A DNA stretch of 64,000 nucleotides, taken from NCBI GenBank assembly GCA_014905635.1, contig JABVCE010000026.1, positions 1-64,000 of the forward strand, in the 5' to 3' direction. This document shows, in pieces, positions 48,176 through 61,203 of the stretch. The DNA comes from Scenedesmus sp. PABB004. Its lineage: Eukaryota. The number at the start of each line of letters is the position of its first letter. The stretch's first letter is position 1. The notes under the pieces are model-generated. The model did no database searches. It saw only the letters and a program-made list of their open reading frames with translations, and was not told the origin of the DNA. The position numbers and the translations under genes are program-made.

Positions 48176-50672
48176 TCAGGCGGGCGGCGCCGCGGGCGCG
48201 CGCTTCTCCGCGACGACGTAGTTGAGGCTGCGCACGTTGAACATGTGCTTGCCCACGACGAGCACGACCGGCACGACGGTGTAGACCCACACGCTGACAA
48301 AGAGCGTGAGGTAGTTGGCGACGTGCAGCACGTAGCGCGGGCAGTTCCACCAGCAGCGCTCGTGCTTGTCGCCGTCCATGAGCCGGTACACGTGCCGCCG
48401 CACGATGCCGCGCAGGTGCTCGTAGCAGGCGAGGATGAAGACGACGCACACCAGGTTGGCCTGCCCCAGCACCGACAGCACGCGCATCGGCGCCGGCAGC
48501 GCGCCCGGGCGCGGCAGGGCCCCCGTGGTCGCGGCCATGACCAGGTTGTAGTACACCGGCAGCAGCACGAGCGCGCTGAGCGTGACGACCGGGATCATGT
48601 GCGCCTCGAGGCACGCGACCAGCAGCACGACCTTGCGCCAGCTGAACGCCGCGCTCGGCCAGCCGTACATCACGTACGCCGTGTCCGCGACGCCGCGCAT
48701 GTGGCGCTCCGCCTGCGCGCGCGAGGGGCGCCGAGGCGCGCAGGCGTCAGCGCTGGCGCGCTGCGCGCGGGCGACGGCGCGCGCGCGGCGGGGCGGCTGC
48801 GCGCGCGCGCGGGCGCGCGGCCCCGCCGGCGCGCCCCCCGCCGCGGCCGCCGCACCTGCAGGAAGCGCGCCCAGAGGGAGCGCAGGTAGTTGGGGCCCTG
48901 GATGTGGGCCATGTTGATGGGCGCGTGCAGGGGCAGCAGGCGCGCCGCGCCGTGCGTGGCGAGGAAGGCCTTGATGTACATGTGCATGTCCTCGCCGATG
49001 GCGTCGGCAAAGGTGTCCCAGTAGCCGATGTCGTGCACCAGCTTCAGCGACAGGCTGCGCGCGCGAGGGGCGCGGCGGCGGCGGCGGCGCGGCGTCGGGC
49101 AGGCGCCCGGCGCGGTGCGCGCTGGGCGCCGCGGGGCCCCGCCTGGCGGCGGGCGGGCGGGCGGGCGGCGCGCGGGCGCGCGGGCGCACCTGTAGTTGGA
49201 GATGGGGAAGCCCACCTCGAACCAGGAGCTGAGGTTCTGCGCCGCGAGCGCGCTCCACATGTAGTCGGTCGCGCGCACGATGCCCGGCACGCCGCTGTTG
49301 TCCTGCTCAAACAGCACCGGCGCCGCGTACACGTTGCCGCCCGGGTTGGGCTGCGCCGCGCTCGCGCTCTCCAGCTGCTGCACGTACTCAAACGGCACGA
49401 GCGCGTCTGCGCGCGCGCGGCGGCGGGCCGGGCCGGGGCGGGGCGGGCGGCGGCGCGGGTCGGCCGGCCGCGCTGCCGCGCCGCCGCGCGCCCGCGCGCG
49501 CCGCGCGCCCGCGCGCGCCGCGCGCCCGCTGCCGCCGCGCGGCCTGCCCGCCGCAGCGCCGCCCCGCGCGCAGCGCCGCCCCCGCCGCGCGCAGCGCCTG
49601 GCGCTGCCGCGCACCTGCGTCGATGATGGTGAGCATGTATGCTGCGCGGTCGCCGGGGGCCATGTGGTAAAACTGGCGCACCGCGCTGTTGACGTTGGAG
49701 GCCTTGCCCGGCATCTCGGCCGGGTCGAGCACGTGCAGCGTGAACACGATGCTCGCAAAGCTGCACCCAAACTGCTCCTGCAGCTGCCCCGCCTTGTGCG
49801 CGGCGCCGACCTCCTTGCTCTCCATGGCCAGCAGGATGGTGTAGCTGCTCGCCCACGCGTGGCCCGCGAGCTGCTCGAGCGTGGCCGTCAGCGTGGCCAT
49901 GTCCTGCGGCCGCGGCACGCGGCGGCGGCGCGGCGCGGCGCGCGCGTCAGCGGTGCGCCCCGCGCGCGCGCGCGCGCGCGCGCCGCCGCACCCCCGCGCG
50001 TCCCCCTGCCGCCTGCGCCCCGCGCCCCGCCTGCGCCGGGCGCCGCACCTCCTTGTAGTTGGGGATGACGAAGACGTGGTTCCAGCGCGGCGGGCCGGCG
50101 GCCCAGTCGCTGCCGCTGCCGCTCGCGGACTCGCTCCAGTCCTCGCAGTCGATCACGAGCGCGACGCTCTCGGCCGCCTGGTCGCAGCAGTCGACGGCGT
50201 CGAGCGAGAGCGTGCTGCGGTGGCCCTTGCGCAGCGCCTTTTTGTGGCCCGGCCGGCTCGGCGCGTCGACGAGCATGACCTTGGCGCCCGGCATGGTCGC
50301 CTCCTTGAGCCCCGCGCCGCACCCCGGCGCGCCCGGCGCCTCGGGCGCCGGCGGCGGGGCGGCGAGGTAGAGGCGGCGGTACGTGCGCAGCAGCGTGGCC
50401 ATGCGCACGGCCTGGCAGGCCACGCTGACGAGGGAGCAGCTGCTGAAGAACACAAACGCCCACAGCCCCGCCTGGTAGCGCGGCCAGGGCGAGAGCAGGA
50501 CGAGCGCGACCGCGGTGAGCGTGACCGCGACGAGGGGCAGCTTGAAGGGGTAGAGGTAGGGCTCGCGGCACCGCGGCAGCGGCGCGCCGCACACGTAGCC
50601 CACGGGCCCGCCCCCGCCGCCGCCGCCCGGCAGCTTGGGCTTGAACTTGGCGGGCGACTCCGCGACGCCCAT
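48176..50672 (-). CDS. Multi-pass membrane family-2 glycosyltransferase
   Basis: HVFVIPNYKE, LAME, PGKASNV, TIIDA|D (DxD), GYWD..AIGEDMH, FLQ|AERH (QxxRW-like); TM helices at both ends. Confidence 0.87.
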
Positions 50673-51887
50673 CGCGGCGGCTGGCTAGCTAGGGTCCCGC
50701 GCGCGCGGCGCCTGCGGGGCGGGCGCGGCGGCGCGGCGGGGCGGGGCGGCGGGCGCGGCGGGGTGCGTGGGCGGTGCACGGCAGCGGCGCGCCCTCGCGA
50801 CGGGCCGAATGCGCGCGCGGCGCCGCAGGCGGCGCGCACGAGCAGGCCGCGCCGCGCTGCAGCGCGGCCGGAGCGCTGCGCGGCCGGGGGCGCTGCGCGC
50901 CGCGGCTGCCCACTGCACTGAGCGCGCGCCGCGGCGGCCTGGCGCTGCGCCGCCCGCTGCGGCGGCCTGGCGCTGCGCCGCCCGCTGCGGCGGCCTGGCG
51001 CAGCGCCCGCTGCGTGCGCGCGCGCGCGCGGGGTGGTTGCGCCGCCCGCCGCCGCGGCGGCGCCGCCGGGGCGTGCGCGGGCGACGCACCTGGTCTAGCA
51101 GGCCGGAGCGGGCGCCACGTGCATGGCCGGCGGGCGGCCGGGCAGCGGGGAGCTGCGCCTGCGGGCGGGCGGGGCGCGGCGGTCAGCGGCGCTGCCGGCC
51201 TGCCGCGGCGCCCGGGCGGGCCCAGGGTGCCTCCCCGGCGCGTCAGGGCGCGCATGCGGCCGGATCCGGGGCAGTCAAGCGCCACGCCAACAACGGCGTG
51301 CGCCCGGGCCACCCGTTCGCCCTGCGCCGCTCCCAGGGCGCCGGAATCGCCGGTTGCGGGCCGCAGGCGGGGCGGGAGGGCCGGGCGGGCGCCCGCACCT
51401 GGCGACAGCGGGCGCCAGGCAGCGCCTTGCCGGCCTCGTGCACAGGGGCTCTCGTGCGCGCGGCGCGTGCTAGTGCGGCGCGGACAAAGGCGTCTGAGCG
51501 GCTGGGCGGGTCGCGGCGGGGCGAGGGCGCGCTCCCGGGAAGCGAGTGCGAGTGCCAGCTGTTCGGCGCTTGCCGCCGGGCGCGAGGGGGTGTTTGGCAG
51601 GCACGAGAGCTCGCGAGAGTGCGGGAGCGGAGCGGGTGGCGGCGCAGCCAGCGCACGCGGGCAGCGGCGCGGGCGGAGCGCGGCAGCAGAGTCTGATGTG
51701 ACACGCCGAGCCGCCGCATCCCGGCGGCCCTCCAGACCGCGCCCGAGTCGTCACGCCGGCTCCGGCACCACGCTGGCCCGCCGAGCGACACACGCAGCAC
51801 GCCCGCCCACCGTGCGACTGGCCGCGCGCCCTCGCGCGCTCGCCGCTGGCCAAGGCCACGCGGGCGGCGCTGCCAGGCGACCCGGGA

Positions 51888-54512
51888 TTATGCCGGCCCG
51901 GCGGCCAAGCGCGCGCCGGTCGGCGGCGGCGCCGGAGCCAGCGCCGCTCGCGCGCAGCCCAGCGCTGCTGCCGAGGCCGGCGCGCGCCCACGACCGACGC
52001 GGCCAGGCTGCTCAGGGGGCGGCGCCCCCCTGGGCAGCAGCTCCAGCGACGCGGCCCGCCGTGCCCCAGCGGTCGCCGACCGACGCGCGGCGGCCCCCGT
52101 GCCCGGCCGGCCGGCGTCGCCGCCGCCGCTGCCCGCGCGCGCCGCCGCGCGGCCTGGCAGGCTGGCGGGCGCCGGCGGCAGCGGCGGCGCCTCCACGCGG
52201 TGCGGCGCGACGCGCTGCAGGTGCCCCGCCGGCACGTTTGCCATGCTGATGTGCCGCGGCAGCGCCGGCGCGGCGCCGCGTCCGCGTCGCCCGGCCCGGG
52301 CGCCGCCAGCGCGAGCGCCTGCAGCGCCGCGCGCGCGGCGCCAGCGCAGCTCGGCGGCGGGCGCGCCGCAGCGGCGCGAGCGCGCGCGCCGCGCCCGCGC
52401 GCGCCAGCGCGGCGCGCGGCGCGTCGCCCGCCCACGCGAGCAGCTTGACCGCCTCTGCGGCGCTGCGCTGCGCCTCGGCAACGCCGGGCGCCAGCCCGCC
52501 CTGCGCCGCGCGCCCCTTGGGCCCCTTGGCCCCGCCTTGGCCTTCTTGCCCGGCGGGCCGCCGGCCGGGGCCTGGCCGCCGGCGTCTGCGCCCGCGCCCG
52601 CGCTGCCGGGCTGGCTCGCGTCGCCGTCGGCGCTGCCGCCGTCGTCGCCCTCCTCGCTGTGGGAGGGCTCGGGGATGGCGCGCAGCTCGCCGACGTCGCC
52701 TGGTCCTGTCCCCGCCGCCGTCGCTGCCGAGACGGCCTGCTGCGGCGCCTCGCCGCCACGCGGGATGCTGCCGCTGGCGCTGCTGCAGGGCGCGTCCGGC
52801 GGCTGCGTGCCGCCTGCGCCGTCCTGGCTCGCCGCCGCTGCAGCTGCTGCAGCCGCCGCCAGGCCGGCGGGCGCGGCCTCCGGTCCGTAGCAGAGCAGGA
52901 GCAGCGCCGGAACCGCGCCCGCGCGCACCACCTGCTCCGCGCGCAGCGCCAGCTCCGCCTGCGCCGAGGCGTCCCACGCCGCGCCTGCCTCGCCGACCCC
53001 CAGCACGTGACACGCGGCGCCCACTTCGGCGACGCCGCTGTGCAGTGTTGCACCTGCCATGCCCGCCGGCGGCTGCGCGCGAGTGCCGCCGCCGCCCGCC
53101 GTGCCGGGGCGTGCCGCGGAGATGAGGGGCGCCAGCATCGCACTGCCGGCAGTGCCGCCGCCGCCGCCGCCGCTGCCCGGCTGCGTCTGTGCCAGCTGCT
53201 GCTTGCGCAGGCTGCGCGCGGCGGCCAGCAGGCTGCTGCGCGCCGCCGCCGCCGACAGCGCGCCTGGCAGCTCCGCCCCCGCCAGCAGCACCGCCGTGGC
53301 GCTCCCGACCGAGCCTGCCCCTGCGGGCAGCACCCCGCCCGAGGGCTGGCTGCCTGGCCTAGGCCTGCTGCTGCCGGGCCTGCTGCGCCCGCCGCCGCCG
53401 GCCGCAGCGGGCGGGCCGCACAGCGGCGGCGCCAGCGGCCGGGGCGCCAGGAAGTGCGCGAGGCAGCCGGCCGCCGCCGCGCGGGCCGGCGGCGGCGCGG
53501 TGCTGCTCGGGAGGAGGCGCACCGCGACGCACAGACCGTCGCACGCCAAAAACTCAGCCTTGACCGCCGCTGCGCGGCCCGCCATCAGGTGCAGCACCGC
53601 GCGCACCGCGCTGGCACGCGCCGCGCCTGGGCCGGTGCCGCCCACAGCCGCCAGCAGCGCGCGCATGCCCCCCGCGGACAGCACGCCCGTGTGCAGCGCC
53701 GCGGTCAGCGTGGGGTCGGCGCGCTCCGGCGCGGCCACGGCCGCCGCGCCGGCGCCCTTGGCCGCGGCGCCCTTGGCCGCGGCGCCCTTGGCCGAGGCGC
53801 CCTTGGTCACGCCGGTCTTGCCCTGCTGCGCCGCCTCGCCGGCGCTGGGCGGCGCCGGCAGCGTGGGCGCGCACAGCAGCTCCAGCGCCGCCGCGGCCGC
53901 CTCGGCCGCGTCCCGGCCGCCGACGAGCGGCAGGCCTAGGCCCTGTGCGGGCGGCGGCGCCGCGAGCAGCGCCAGCAGCGGGCGCCAGGTCCAGCCGGCC
54001 AGCAGCTTCTTGACGTGTGTGTGGCTGTCGGGCTGGGCCGCGAGCGCCGCCAGCAGGCCCGCGGCCGCGACGCGCGCGCTCACGCAGGACCCGCCGAGGT
54101 GCGTGAGCAGCGCGGGCAGCAGCGGCGGCCGCGCCGCCAGCATCGCATCGCGCGCCGCAGGCGCAGCTGCCAGCGCGGCGAGCACAGCCAGGAGGTGCGC
54201 GGGCAGCAGCCCGGCGCTGCCCCGGCCCGCCGCCGGCGCCGCCGCCAGCAGGCGGCAGCACGCATCGACGGCGTTCGCCTTGGCTGCCTCGTCGCGCGCC
54301 GCGGCGCTGCCCGCCACGAGCTGCGCCAGCCACAGCGCGGCGGTCCCCTTGTCCGCTGCGCCGTCCCGCGGCGCCGCCGCGAGCAGGAGCTGCTCCACGA
54401 GCGCGCCCGGCGAGTGCGCGAGCTGCCAGTCTTCCTCACTGAGGAGCGCCGGCCGCGGCGGCAGCGGCGCCCGGCCCTTGCCCTTCCCGCCGCCAGCGGC
54501 GCCCGGCGGCAT
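51888..54512 (-). CDS. Ala-rich ARM/HEAT-like helical repeat protein; apparent frameshifts near the C-terminus
   Basis: Long ORF with ARM-like segments (ARVAAAGLLAALA, VLSAGGMRALL, VVRAGAVPALLLL, QRSAAEAVKLLA in a shifted frame). Confidence 0.55.
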   Translation of the reverse strand: MPPGAAGGGKGKGRAPLPPRPALLSEEDWQLAHSPGALVEQLLLAAAPRDGAADKGTAALWLAQLVAGSAAARDEAAKANAVDACCRLLAAAPAAGRGSAGLLPAHLLAVLAALAAAPAARDAMLAARPPLLPALLTHLGGSCVSARVAAAGLLAALAAQPDSHTHVKKLLAGWTWRPLLALLAAPPPAQGLGLPLVGGRDAAEAAAAALELLCAPTLPAPPSAGEAAQQGKTGVTKGASAKGAAAKGAAAKGAGAAAVAAPERADPTLTAALHTGVLSAGGMRALLAAVGGTGPGAARASAVRAVLHLMAGRAAAVKAEFLACDGLCVAVRLLPSSTAPPPARAAAAGCLAHFLAPRPLAPPLCGPPAAAGGGGRSRPGSSRPRPGSQPSGGVLPAGAGSVGSATAVLLAGAELPGALSAAAARSSLLAAARSLRKQQLAQTQPGSGGGGGGTAGSAMLAPLISAARPGTAGGGGTRAQPPAGMAGATLHSGVAEVGAACHVLGVGEAGAAWDASAQAELALRAEQVVRAGAVPALLLLCYGPEAAPAGLAAAAAAAAAASQDGAGGTQPPDAPCSSASGSIPRGGEAPQQAVSAATAAGTGPGDVGELRAIPEPSHSEEGDDGGSADGDASQPGSAGAGADAGGQAPAGGPPGKKAKAGPRGPRGARRRAGWRPALPRRSAAPQRRSSCSRGRATRRAPRWRARARRARSRRCGAPAAELRWRRARGAAGARAGGARAGRRGRGAAPALPRHISMANVPAGHLQRVAPHRVEAPPLPPAPASLPGRAAARAGSGGGDAGRPGTGAAARRSATAGARRAASLELLPRGAPPPEQPGRVGRGRAPASAAALGCARAALAPAPPPTGARLAAGPA

Positions 54513-54896
54513 GCTGGCGCGCCGGCGCGTGCAGCGGCGGCGCCCACGACAGCTGTTCGGCGGCCCGCTCCGGCGGCTGCGTCTTGTAGGCTGCGCGAGG
54601 CGCGGTCGGCCTCCAAAAGCTCGCGCTGTGGACGTGGCCTCGAGCTGTGGCAAGGGCGCGGCGCGAGCAGCGCGGCGCGAGCAGCGGGGCGCCGGCCGGC
54701 GCGAGCAGCCGCCGAGCAGCTCGAGCTCGACGCGTGGCAGCGCGGCAGCTCTCGCGGGCGCGGGCGGGAGCGGGAGTGGCTGCCCGCGGCGGCGGCGGCG
54801 GCGGCGGCGGCGCGTCCGGGGCTCAGCGCGTGCTCGAGCGTTGCAGCGTTGAGAGCCCTCTCGGCGCTCCGGCCCCCCCTCAGACGCCCGATCAGC

Positions 54897-55037
54897 TCAG
54901 CTAAAGAAGTAGCGGCTCGCGCGCACGCGGGCGACCTGCAGGCGCCCGCGCTCGGGGATCGGCGGGAACGCCACGCGCGGGTGCGCCGCCTGCAGCTGCG
55001 CGAGCAGGTCCTCCAGCAGGTCGGGCTGCGGGCCGGG

Positions 55038-55105
<68 letters not shown>

Positions 55106-58100
55106 GGCGGGCGCGGTCGGCGGCCGGCGCCGCGCGCCGCAGCGCCCCTGGCCAGCGCGCCGCGCGCAGCCGCGCAGCCGCCGCGCCTGGCGCGTGTGCA
55201 GCTCCACAAACTTGTCGCGCAGGAGGCGGTTCATCGTGTGCACGTGCCCCGCGTGGCACCAGAAGCTGTCGTGCACGCCCGCAAACGTCACGCCCGCCTC
55301 GCTGCGCGCCGCCCCGGGGCCGGCGCATGGGCGGGCGGGGGGGGGGGGGGGGGTCGGCCGGCGCCGGCGCGCGCGCTGCGCCGCCGCGCTGTGCTGCGCC
55401 GCCGCGCTGTGCTGCGCACGCCGCGCTGTGCTGCGCACGCTGCGCCGCGCGCGCCGCGGCCCGCACCTGCACGCGAGCGCGGTGAGCATCATGTGGGTGC
55501 TGTCGATGCTGTGGATAAAGTTGGGCGGGAACGCGCTGCGCTGCCGCGCCTTGAGCCACTGCGGCGCCGCGCCCTCGCCGCTGCTCGCCTCGTTGCACAC
55601 CACCTGCGCCGGGCGCGCCGCCGCGCGCCGCGTGAGCAGCGGGCGCCGCGCCGCACCGCGGCCGCCGCGCCGCCGCGCCGCCGCGCTGCGCCGCGTCGCG
55701 GTGCCGCGCGCACCGAGAAGGCCTGCGTCGCGGTGGTGATGTGCGTCATCGCGAGCTTGTGGTAGGGCTGCGTGATGGGCAGCCCCAGCGGGCTGCTCCA
55801 CGCGACGGGCGCGTTGTCGGCCGCGACGAGGCGCGCGCACTCGGCGAGCCAGGCCATGATGCCGCGCGCGCTGCCAAACATCTCCCCGATGCTCGCGAGC
55901 GTCTGGTCGGCGAGGTACTTGGACACCTGACCGGGGGCACGTGGGGCACCGGGGGGGGGGGGGCGGGCGGGCGGGCGGGCGGGCGGGCGGGCGGGCGGGC
56001 GGGCGGGCGGGCGGGCGGGCGGGCGGGCGGGCGGGCGGGCGGCGGGCGGGCGGGCGGGCGGGGCGGGCGGGCGGGCGGGCGGGCGGGGCGGGCGGGCGGG
56101 CGGGCGGGTGTTGGGGGCAGGGGGAGGTCAGTGTCAGCGCGGCGCGCCCGCCGCCGCACGCACGGCCCGCCCGCCCCCCAGCCCCGGGCGCGCGCGCCGC
56201 CGCCGCTCCTGCCCCCGCCCCAGGGCGCGCGGGCGGGCGCACCTGCCAGAGCGCGTCCTTGTCGTCCATCCAGCCGTGCTCGTCACGCCCGCCGGCGCCG
56301 GCGGCGGCGCCGCCGCCCGGGCCCGCCGCGGCCGCGAGCCACGCCGCCTCCGCGGCGGCGCCGGCGCCGGCGCCGGCCGGGCCGGGCGGCGGCGGCGCCG
56401 CGCCCGCGGCCGGGGCGCCGCGCCGCCGCCGCGCGGCGCCGCGGCGGCGGCGCCCGCGCGCGCGCGCATGTCGGCGCGGCGCTCGCGCAGGCGCGCCTCG
56501 ATCTGCGCGCGCGCGCCCACGGGCGTGACGCCATACACGCTCGTCATCACCGTCTGCTTGACCAGCTTGCGGTCGACCAACGCCGCGCCGCGCGCCGCCT
56601 CGGGCACGCCCGCGCGCGCGTCGTCTGACGCGCGCCGCGCCACGATGCCCGCAACGCCCTGCGCGGCGGCGCGGCGGCGCGGCGTCGGCGTCGGCGTCAG
56701 CGCGTGCAGCGCCGCGCCGGCCGGCCGGCCGCGGCGCGCGCCGGCCGGCCCCGGACGGCGGCAGGGCTCCACCGTGCCCCCTCCCTTGGACCCCCCCCCC
56801 CCCCCCCCCCCCAAACAGCCACCCACCCACACCCACACCCACCCACATCCCCACACCCACACCCACCCACCCACACCCACACACACGCAGGGCCGGGTCG
56901 CACCGTGTAGACGTCCTGGGGCTTGTCGCTGGGCAGCAGGTTGACCGCGTGCCCGCCCGCCTCGTCCCGCCCCAGCGCGGCGTAGTGCTGCAGGCCGTTG
57001 CAGCTGCCGTCCATGTGCACCGGCAGGTGGCTCACAAAGCTCGGCGGGTCCATGCTCTGCGGCGGCGCGGCCCACCCCCGGCGCGGTGGGCGGCCGGGCG
57101 GGGCGGGGCCGGGCGGCCAGCACGCCTCGCCGCGTCGGCACACACCCACACACACACACCTGCAGCGCGGCCGCGATCTCGCAGCACGCCGCGAGCGCCT
57201 GCCACGGCTTCTCCGCGCCCTGCCACCACGTGTTGGCCAGCGGGTCCGCCGCGACGCCCAGGATGTGGGGCAGCTGCGCGCGCGCAAACGCGCTGTGCGG
57301 CCGCGGGCACGGGCGAGCGGGCGCGCGCGCGAGCGGGTGAGCGCGCGCGGCGGCCGCGCCGTCGCCCGCGCCGCGGGACCGCGGTGCCGCGGTGCCGCGC
57401 CGCGCTTGCGCACCGGCGCCCGTCGAAGGAGAGCTTGTCCTGGCCCTGGCCCCACACGTTGGCGAGGTGCACGTACAGCCAGTCGAGCCCCGCCGGGCCG
57501 AGCGGCTCGCCCACGGCAAACGCGAGCAGGCCGCGGCAGGCGTCGTCGCCGAGGTGGTGCAGGCTCGGGTGCAGCGGGTACGCGCGGCCCCGGAAGTCGA
57601 GGCTGTGGGGGTAGTAAAACTCGGGCGCGCCCGCATACTCCTCAGCCACCTGCCCGCCGGCGCGGCGCGGCGCAGCGCGGCGGGCGGGCGGCGTGAGCGC
57701 GAGTGTCGGTCGGCGTGTGTGCACGAGCGGGGGCGCGTGCGGGGAGGGAGCGGCTCACGGGCGGCGGCGGCTCACGCACAGCGCCCCGCACAGCCCCCGC
57801 CCCCCCCCCCCCCCCACACACACACACACACGCACACCCACCCAGCCACCCACCTTGAGCTTGAGCAGGAAATCCGCCTTGAGGCTCGCCATGTTGCGGT
57901 TGCGCCGCCGCACGTCGTCGCACGCGAGCACGTGCCCCCGCCGCTCCAGCCGGCTCCACGGCCCGCTGCGCGCCGCCAGGCCGCCGCCTCCCACACGAGG
58001 CGGTACCCGAGCGGCGGCGGCGCCGGCGGGCGCAGCGGGACCTGCGCGGGCAGGCCGCCCGCGGTGCTGCGCGCCGCCCAGAGGGCCGTCATGGTGTCGT

Positions 58101-60638
58101 GCACGCGCGTGTTGATGCGCCACGGCGTGTTGCCCAGCACGTTCAGCGCGTCCAGCACCTGTGCGCGTGTGCGTGTGTGGCGCGCGGCGCCGCGCGGCAC
58201 GCCGTCAGGCGCGCGCGTGCGTGCAGGGGCCTGACTGAGGCAGGCCCCGCGACTGGCCAGGCGGCCGCGCGCCCCCGCCGCCGCCCGGCACAGCGCGCGC
58301 GTGTGGGGTCCACCTGGGCGTAGCGGTTCTCCGCCATGCCGCGCTTGAGCTCCGCCTGCAGCGCGGCGCTGAAGCGCGTCCGCATCATCCAGTGCCTGCG
58401 AGGCCGCGGCCGCGGCGGCGCGTCAGGCACGCACGGGACCGACGCGCCGCCGCGCCGGCCCCCCCCCCCTTGTGCTGTGCCTCTTGCTTGCCCCCTCCCC
58501 CCGCCCCCCGCGCCTGCTGGTGAGGTAGCCGCCGGTGCAGTAGCTGCTCCACGGCAGCGGCGGCACGAGCATCGGCGGCACCTTGGTCAGCAGGCTCGCC
58601 GCGAGGCTGCGGTCCGCGAGCAGCACGGCCACGAGCCCCGCGCTCGCGCGCACAAAGCTCTGCTGCTTCAGCCCGCTCTGCACGTAAACGTACTCAAAGC
58701 CAGGCCCGCCCTGACCCCCACTGCCGCCGCCGCCGCTGCTGCTGCCGGTGCCGGCGGCGCCGCCGCCGCGCGGCCAGGGCATGGGGCGCGTGCCCGGCAG
58801 CCCCGCGGGCAGGTGGCAGCCCTCCACCAGCAGCGCGAGCAGCGCCGCGCCGAGCTTGATGCGCGCCTCCTGGCTCCAGTGCACCTCGGCCTGCGCCGCG
58901 CGGCCGGCCGCGCGCGCCTGCGCCTTGAGCTTGCGCAGCGACAGCAGCCCCGTCAGCCGCGCCTGGCCCGCCTCGTACGCCGCCGCCTCGGCGCTGTTGT
59001 GACGGCCGTAGCGCGCGAGGCTGCCCGCCAGGCGCTCGCCCACGGGCGGCGCCTCGGCGCCGGCGCCGGCCGGCCCTGCTGCCGCCGCCGGCCGGCGCCG
59101 CCGGCGCCGCCGGCGCCGCCGGCGCCGCCGGCGCCGCCGTCGCCGCCGTCGGCGGCGCGCAGCGCGCGCAGCTCCGCGGCGGTGCGCCCCGCCCAGGTGG
59201 TCTGGTGGTGCTTGAAGCGCAGATACTTGACGCGGCTGTTCACGGCGCGCCCCAGCGCGTCCGCGAGCACCACCGCGGGCGCCATCACCGCGTCGCCGCT
59301 GCTGCCGCCGCCGCTGCCGCCGCCGCTCGTGGACGGCCCCGCCGGCGCCCAGCTGGCGCCGGCGTAGGCCGAGGACGTCGCGTCCGCGTCGTCCGCGTCG
59401 GGCAGGCTCGTCGCAATGCGCGACAGCACCGCTGCGGTGAGCGCGCGCGTGCCGGGCCGGCGCCGCGGTGAGCGCGCCCGCGGTGGCGGCGGATGCGTGC
59501 GCTGCGCGCTGCGCGCTGCGCGCGGTGTGCGCGGTGCGCCCGCGGCGGCCCGCACTCTGCAGCGTGATGTGCGCGAGGTCCTCCGACGAGAGCAGCAGCA
59601 GGTAGGGGCCGTAGTTGGGCCGGTCGCGGCGCTGGCTCGCGCCGCTGCGCCCAGACGACGACAGCACCTGCGCCGCGCGGTGCGGCCGGCGCGCGCAGCA
59701 GCAGGCGCGCCCGTCGGCGGCGCCGCCGGCGGCCGGGCGGCGCCGCCGCGGCCGGGGCCGCGCGCGCCGCGCCCCACCTGCTGCTGCTCCTCCTCAATCG
59801 CCTGCTGCAGCAGCGGCAGCCACGCCGACACGAGGCGCGCCGCGACGCCGCCGCCGGCGCCGCGGTAGTTCACGCCGCTCGCCGCGCTGGCCGCGAGCTC
59901 CCGGCGCAGCGTCGCCAGCGCGCGCGCGCGCGCCGCCTCCTCCGCCTCCAGCTGCGCAATGTAGCTGCGGCGGGCGGGCGGGGCGGGCGGGTGCGTGTGT
60001 GGGTGGGGGGGTGTGTGGGTGGGGGCTGGGGGGGGGGGGGGGGGCTGCTGCTGCGCGGTGCGCGCGAGCACCCGCCCCGCCCGCTGCAGTGCCCCGCGTG
60101 CGCTGCGGCAGTGCCGCGCTGCAGCGCCGCGCTGCAGCGCCGCGCCGCGCCGCACCGGTGGCCAAACTCGTCGAAGCTCACGCGCCGCGTGTACTCGGCC
60201 GCGCTGGGGCAGGCCCGCAGCGCCTCCCAGTGCGCCGCGATGTGCCGCAGCAGCGCGCCCTCGGGGTACATGACGTCACCGTCCACCGCCGCGGCGCGCT
60301 CCGTCGCCTCCGCGGACACGGCCGCCGCCGCGGGGTCGCCGCCGGCCGCCGCCGCCGCGCCGGGCTGGCCGGCTCGCCGTCGGTGTGCTGCCAGCCCGGC
60401 GGCGCGGCCGAGGCGCCCGCCTTGGTGCCGCCCTCCTCCTCGCCCGCCAGCGGCGCGGCGTGCGCCGCCAGGCCGCGCGCGAGGGCGCGGGCTGCCGCCG
60501 CCGCTGCTCGGCGCCGCGCGCCCAGAAGCGCGTCGTGCCGTGCAGCGCGCGCAGCGCACCGGCGCTCACGGGCGCCATGGCGAGGCCCGACAGCGCCGGC
60601 AGGCCCGCCAGGCTCGCGGCGAGCTGGGAGAGGGACAT
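54897..60638 (-). CDS. RPOT: Nucleus-encoded T3/T7 phage-type single-subunit RNA polymerase (mitochondrial)
   Basis: [82 protein letters not shown]; start uncertain, several apparent indels. Confidence 0.93.
55038..55103. repeat. (GGC)n tract of about 22 units in the last RPOT intron
   Basis: Pure tandem repeat. Confidence 0.93.
55961..56107. repeat. (GGGC)n tetranucleotide tract in an RPOT intron
   Basis: About 35 near-perfect units following a G run. Confidence 0.93.
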
Positions 60639-61203
60639 GCCGGCGAGAGGCCGCCGCCCTGCGCGGCTGTGCGGCCGCGTCGATCACATGCGCCCGCGCG
60701 AAGAGCTCGGTGCCACCGCGAGCAACCTCCCGGGATCCACGCGCCGCCGCCGGCGCTGGCGCCGCTGGCGGCGCTGCCGCTGCCGCTGCCGCTGCCGCCT
60801 GCGGTCGCGGCTGCCCAGTCGGTGCGGCTGCAGCTGCGCAGGTCGCGCGCGGGTTGCTTAGCGAGAGTGCGGCACCGCTGGAGCTGCTGCAGCGGCTGGC
60901 AAGCAGGCGGTGCACGAGCGCTCGTTCGCGTTACGACGGCGGGCGCACCAGGCGAAGGAAAAGGCAAGCTTGGCAGGTGGCGCCTGTCTCACAGACATGA
61001 AGAGTCCCATCCATGCCGACACGCGCGCCTGCAGGAAACACACACACGCCCAGTGCGGCGCGCCGCGGGCGGCGCGTCCCAGCGCCGCCGCCGCGTCGCC
61101 GCAGCCTGCTGCTGCGCGCCCTCCACGGCGCGGGGCGTCCCGGCCGCGCCGTGCTGCGAACCAGGGCGCGCCCGCCGCAGCGCCCGGCACGCGCTGGGCG
61201 CTG

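Noticed and set aside
14722..50672. SDR, lactonase, acyltransferase, P450 and GT2 as a biosynthetic gene cluster
   Set aside because: They are interspersed with unrelated housekeeping genes, there is no scaffold synthase, and GPAT is a primary-metabolism enzyme
53750..53810. 15-bp tandem repeat (gcgcccttggccgcg)
   Set aside because: Simple coding repeat (AKGAA) within a low-complexity linker
52250..60500. Apparent frameshifts in the ARM-like gene (about 52250-52540) and RPOT (about 56450, 59090, 60360-60490) as programmed recoding or pseudogenisation
   Set aside because: All fall in GC-only low-complexity runs where sequencing indels are expected, and RPOT catalytic motifs are intact; read-level checking is needed
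54897..60638. T7-like RNA polymerase as evidence of a prophage, virus or linear plasmid
   Set aside because: It has many spliceosomal introns, the YFFS C-terminus of organellar RPOT, and no viral neighbours
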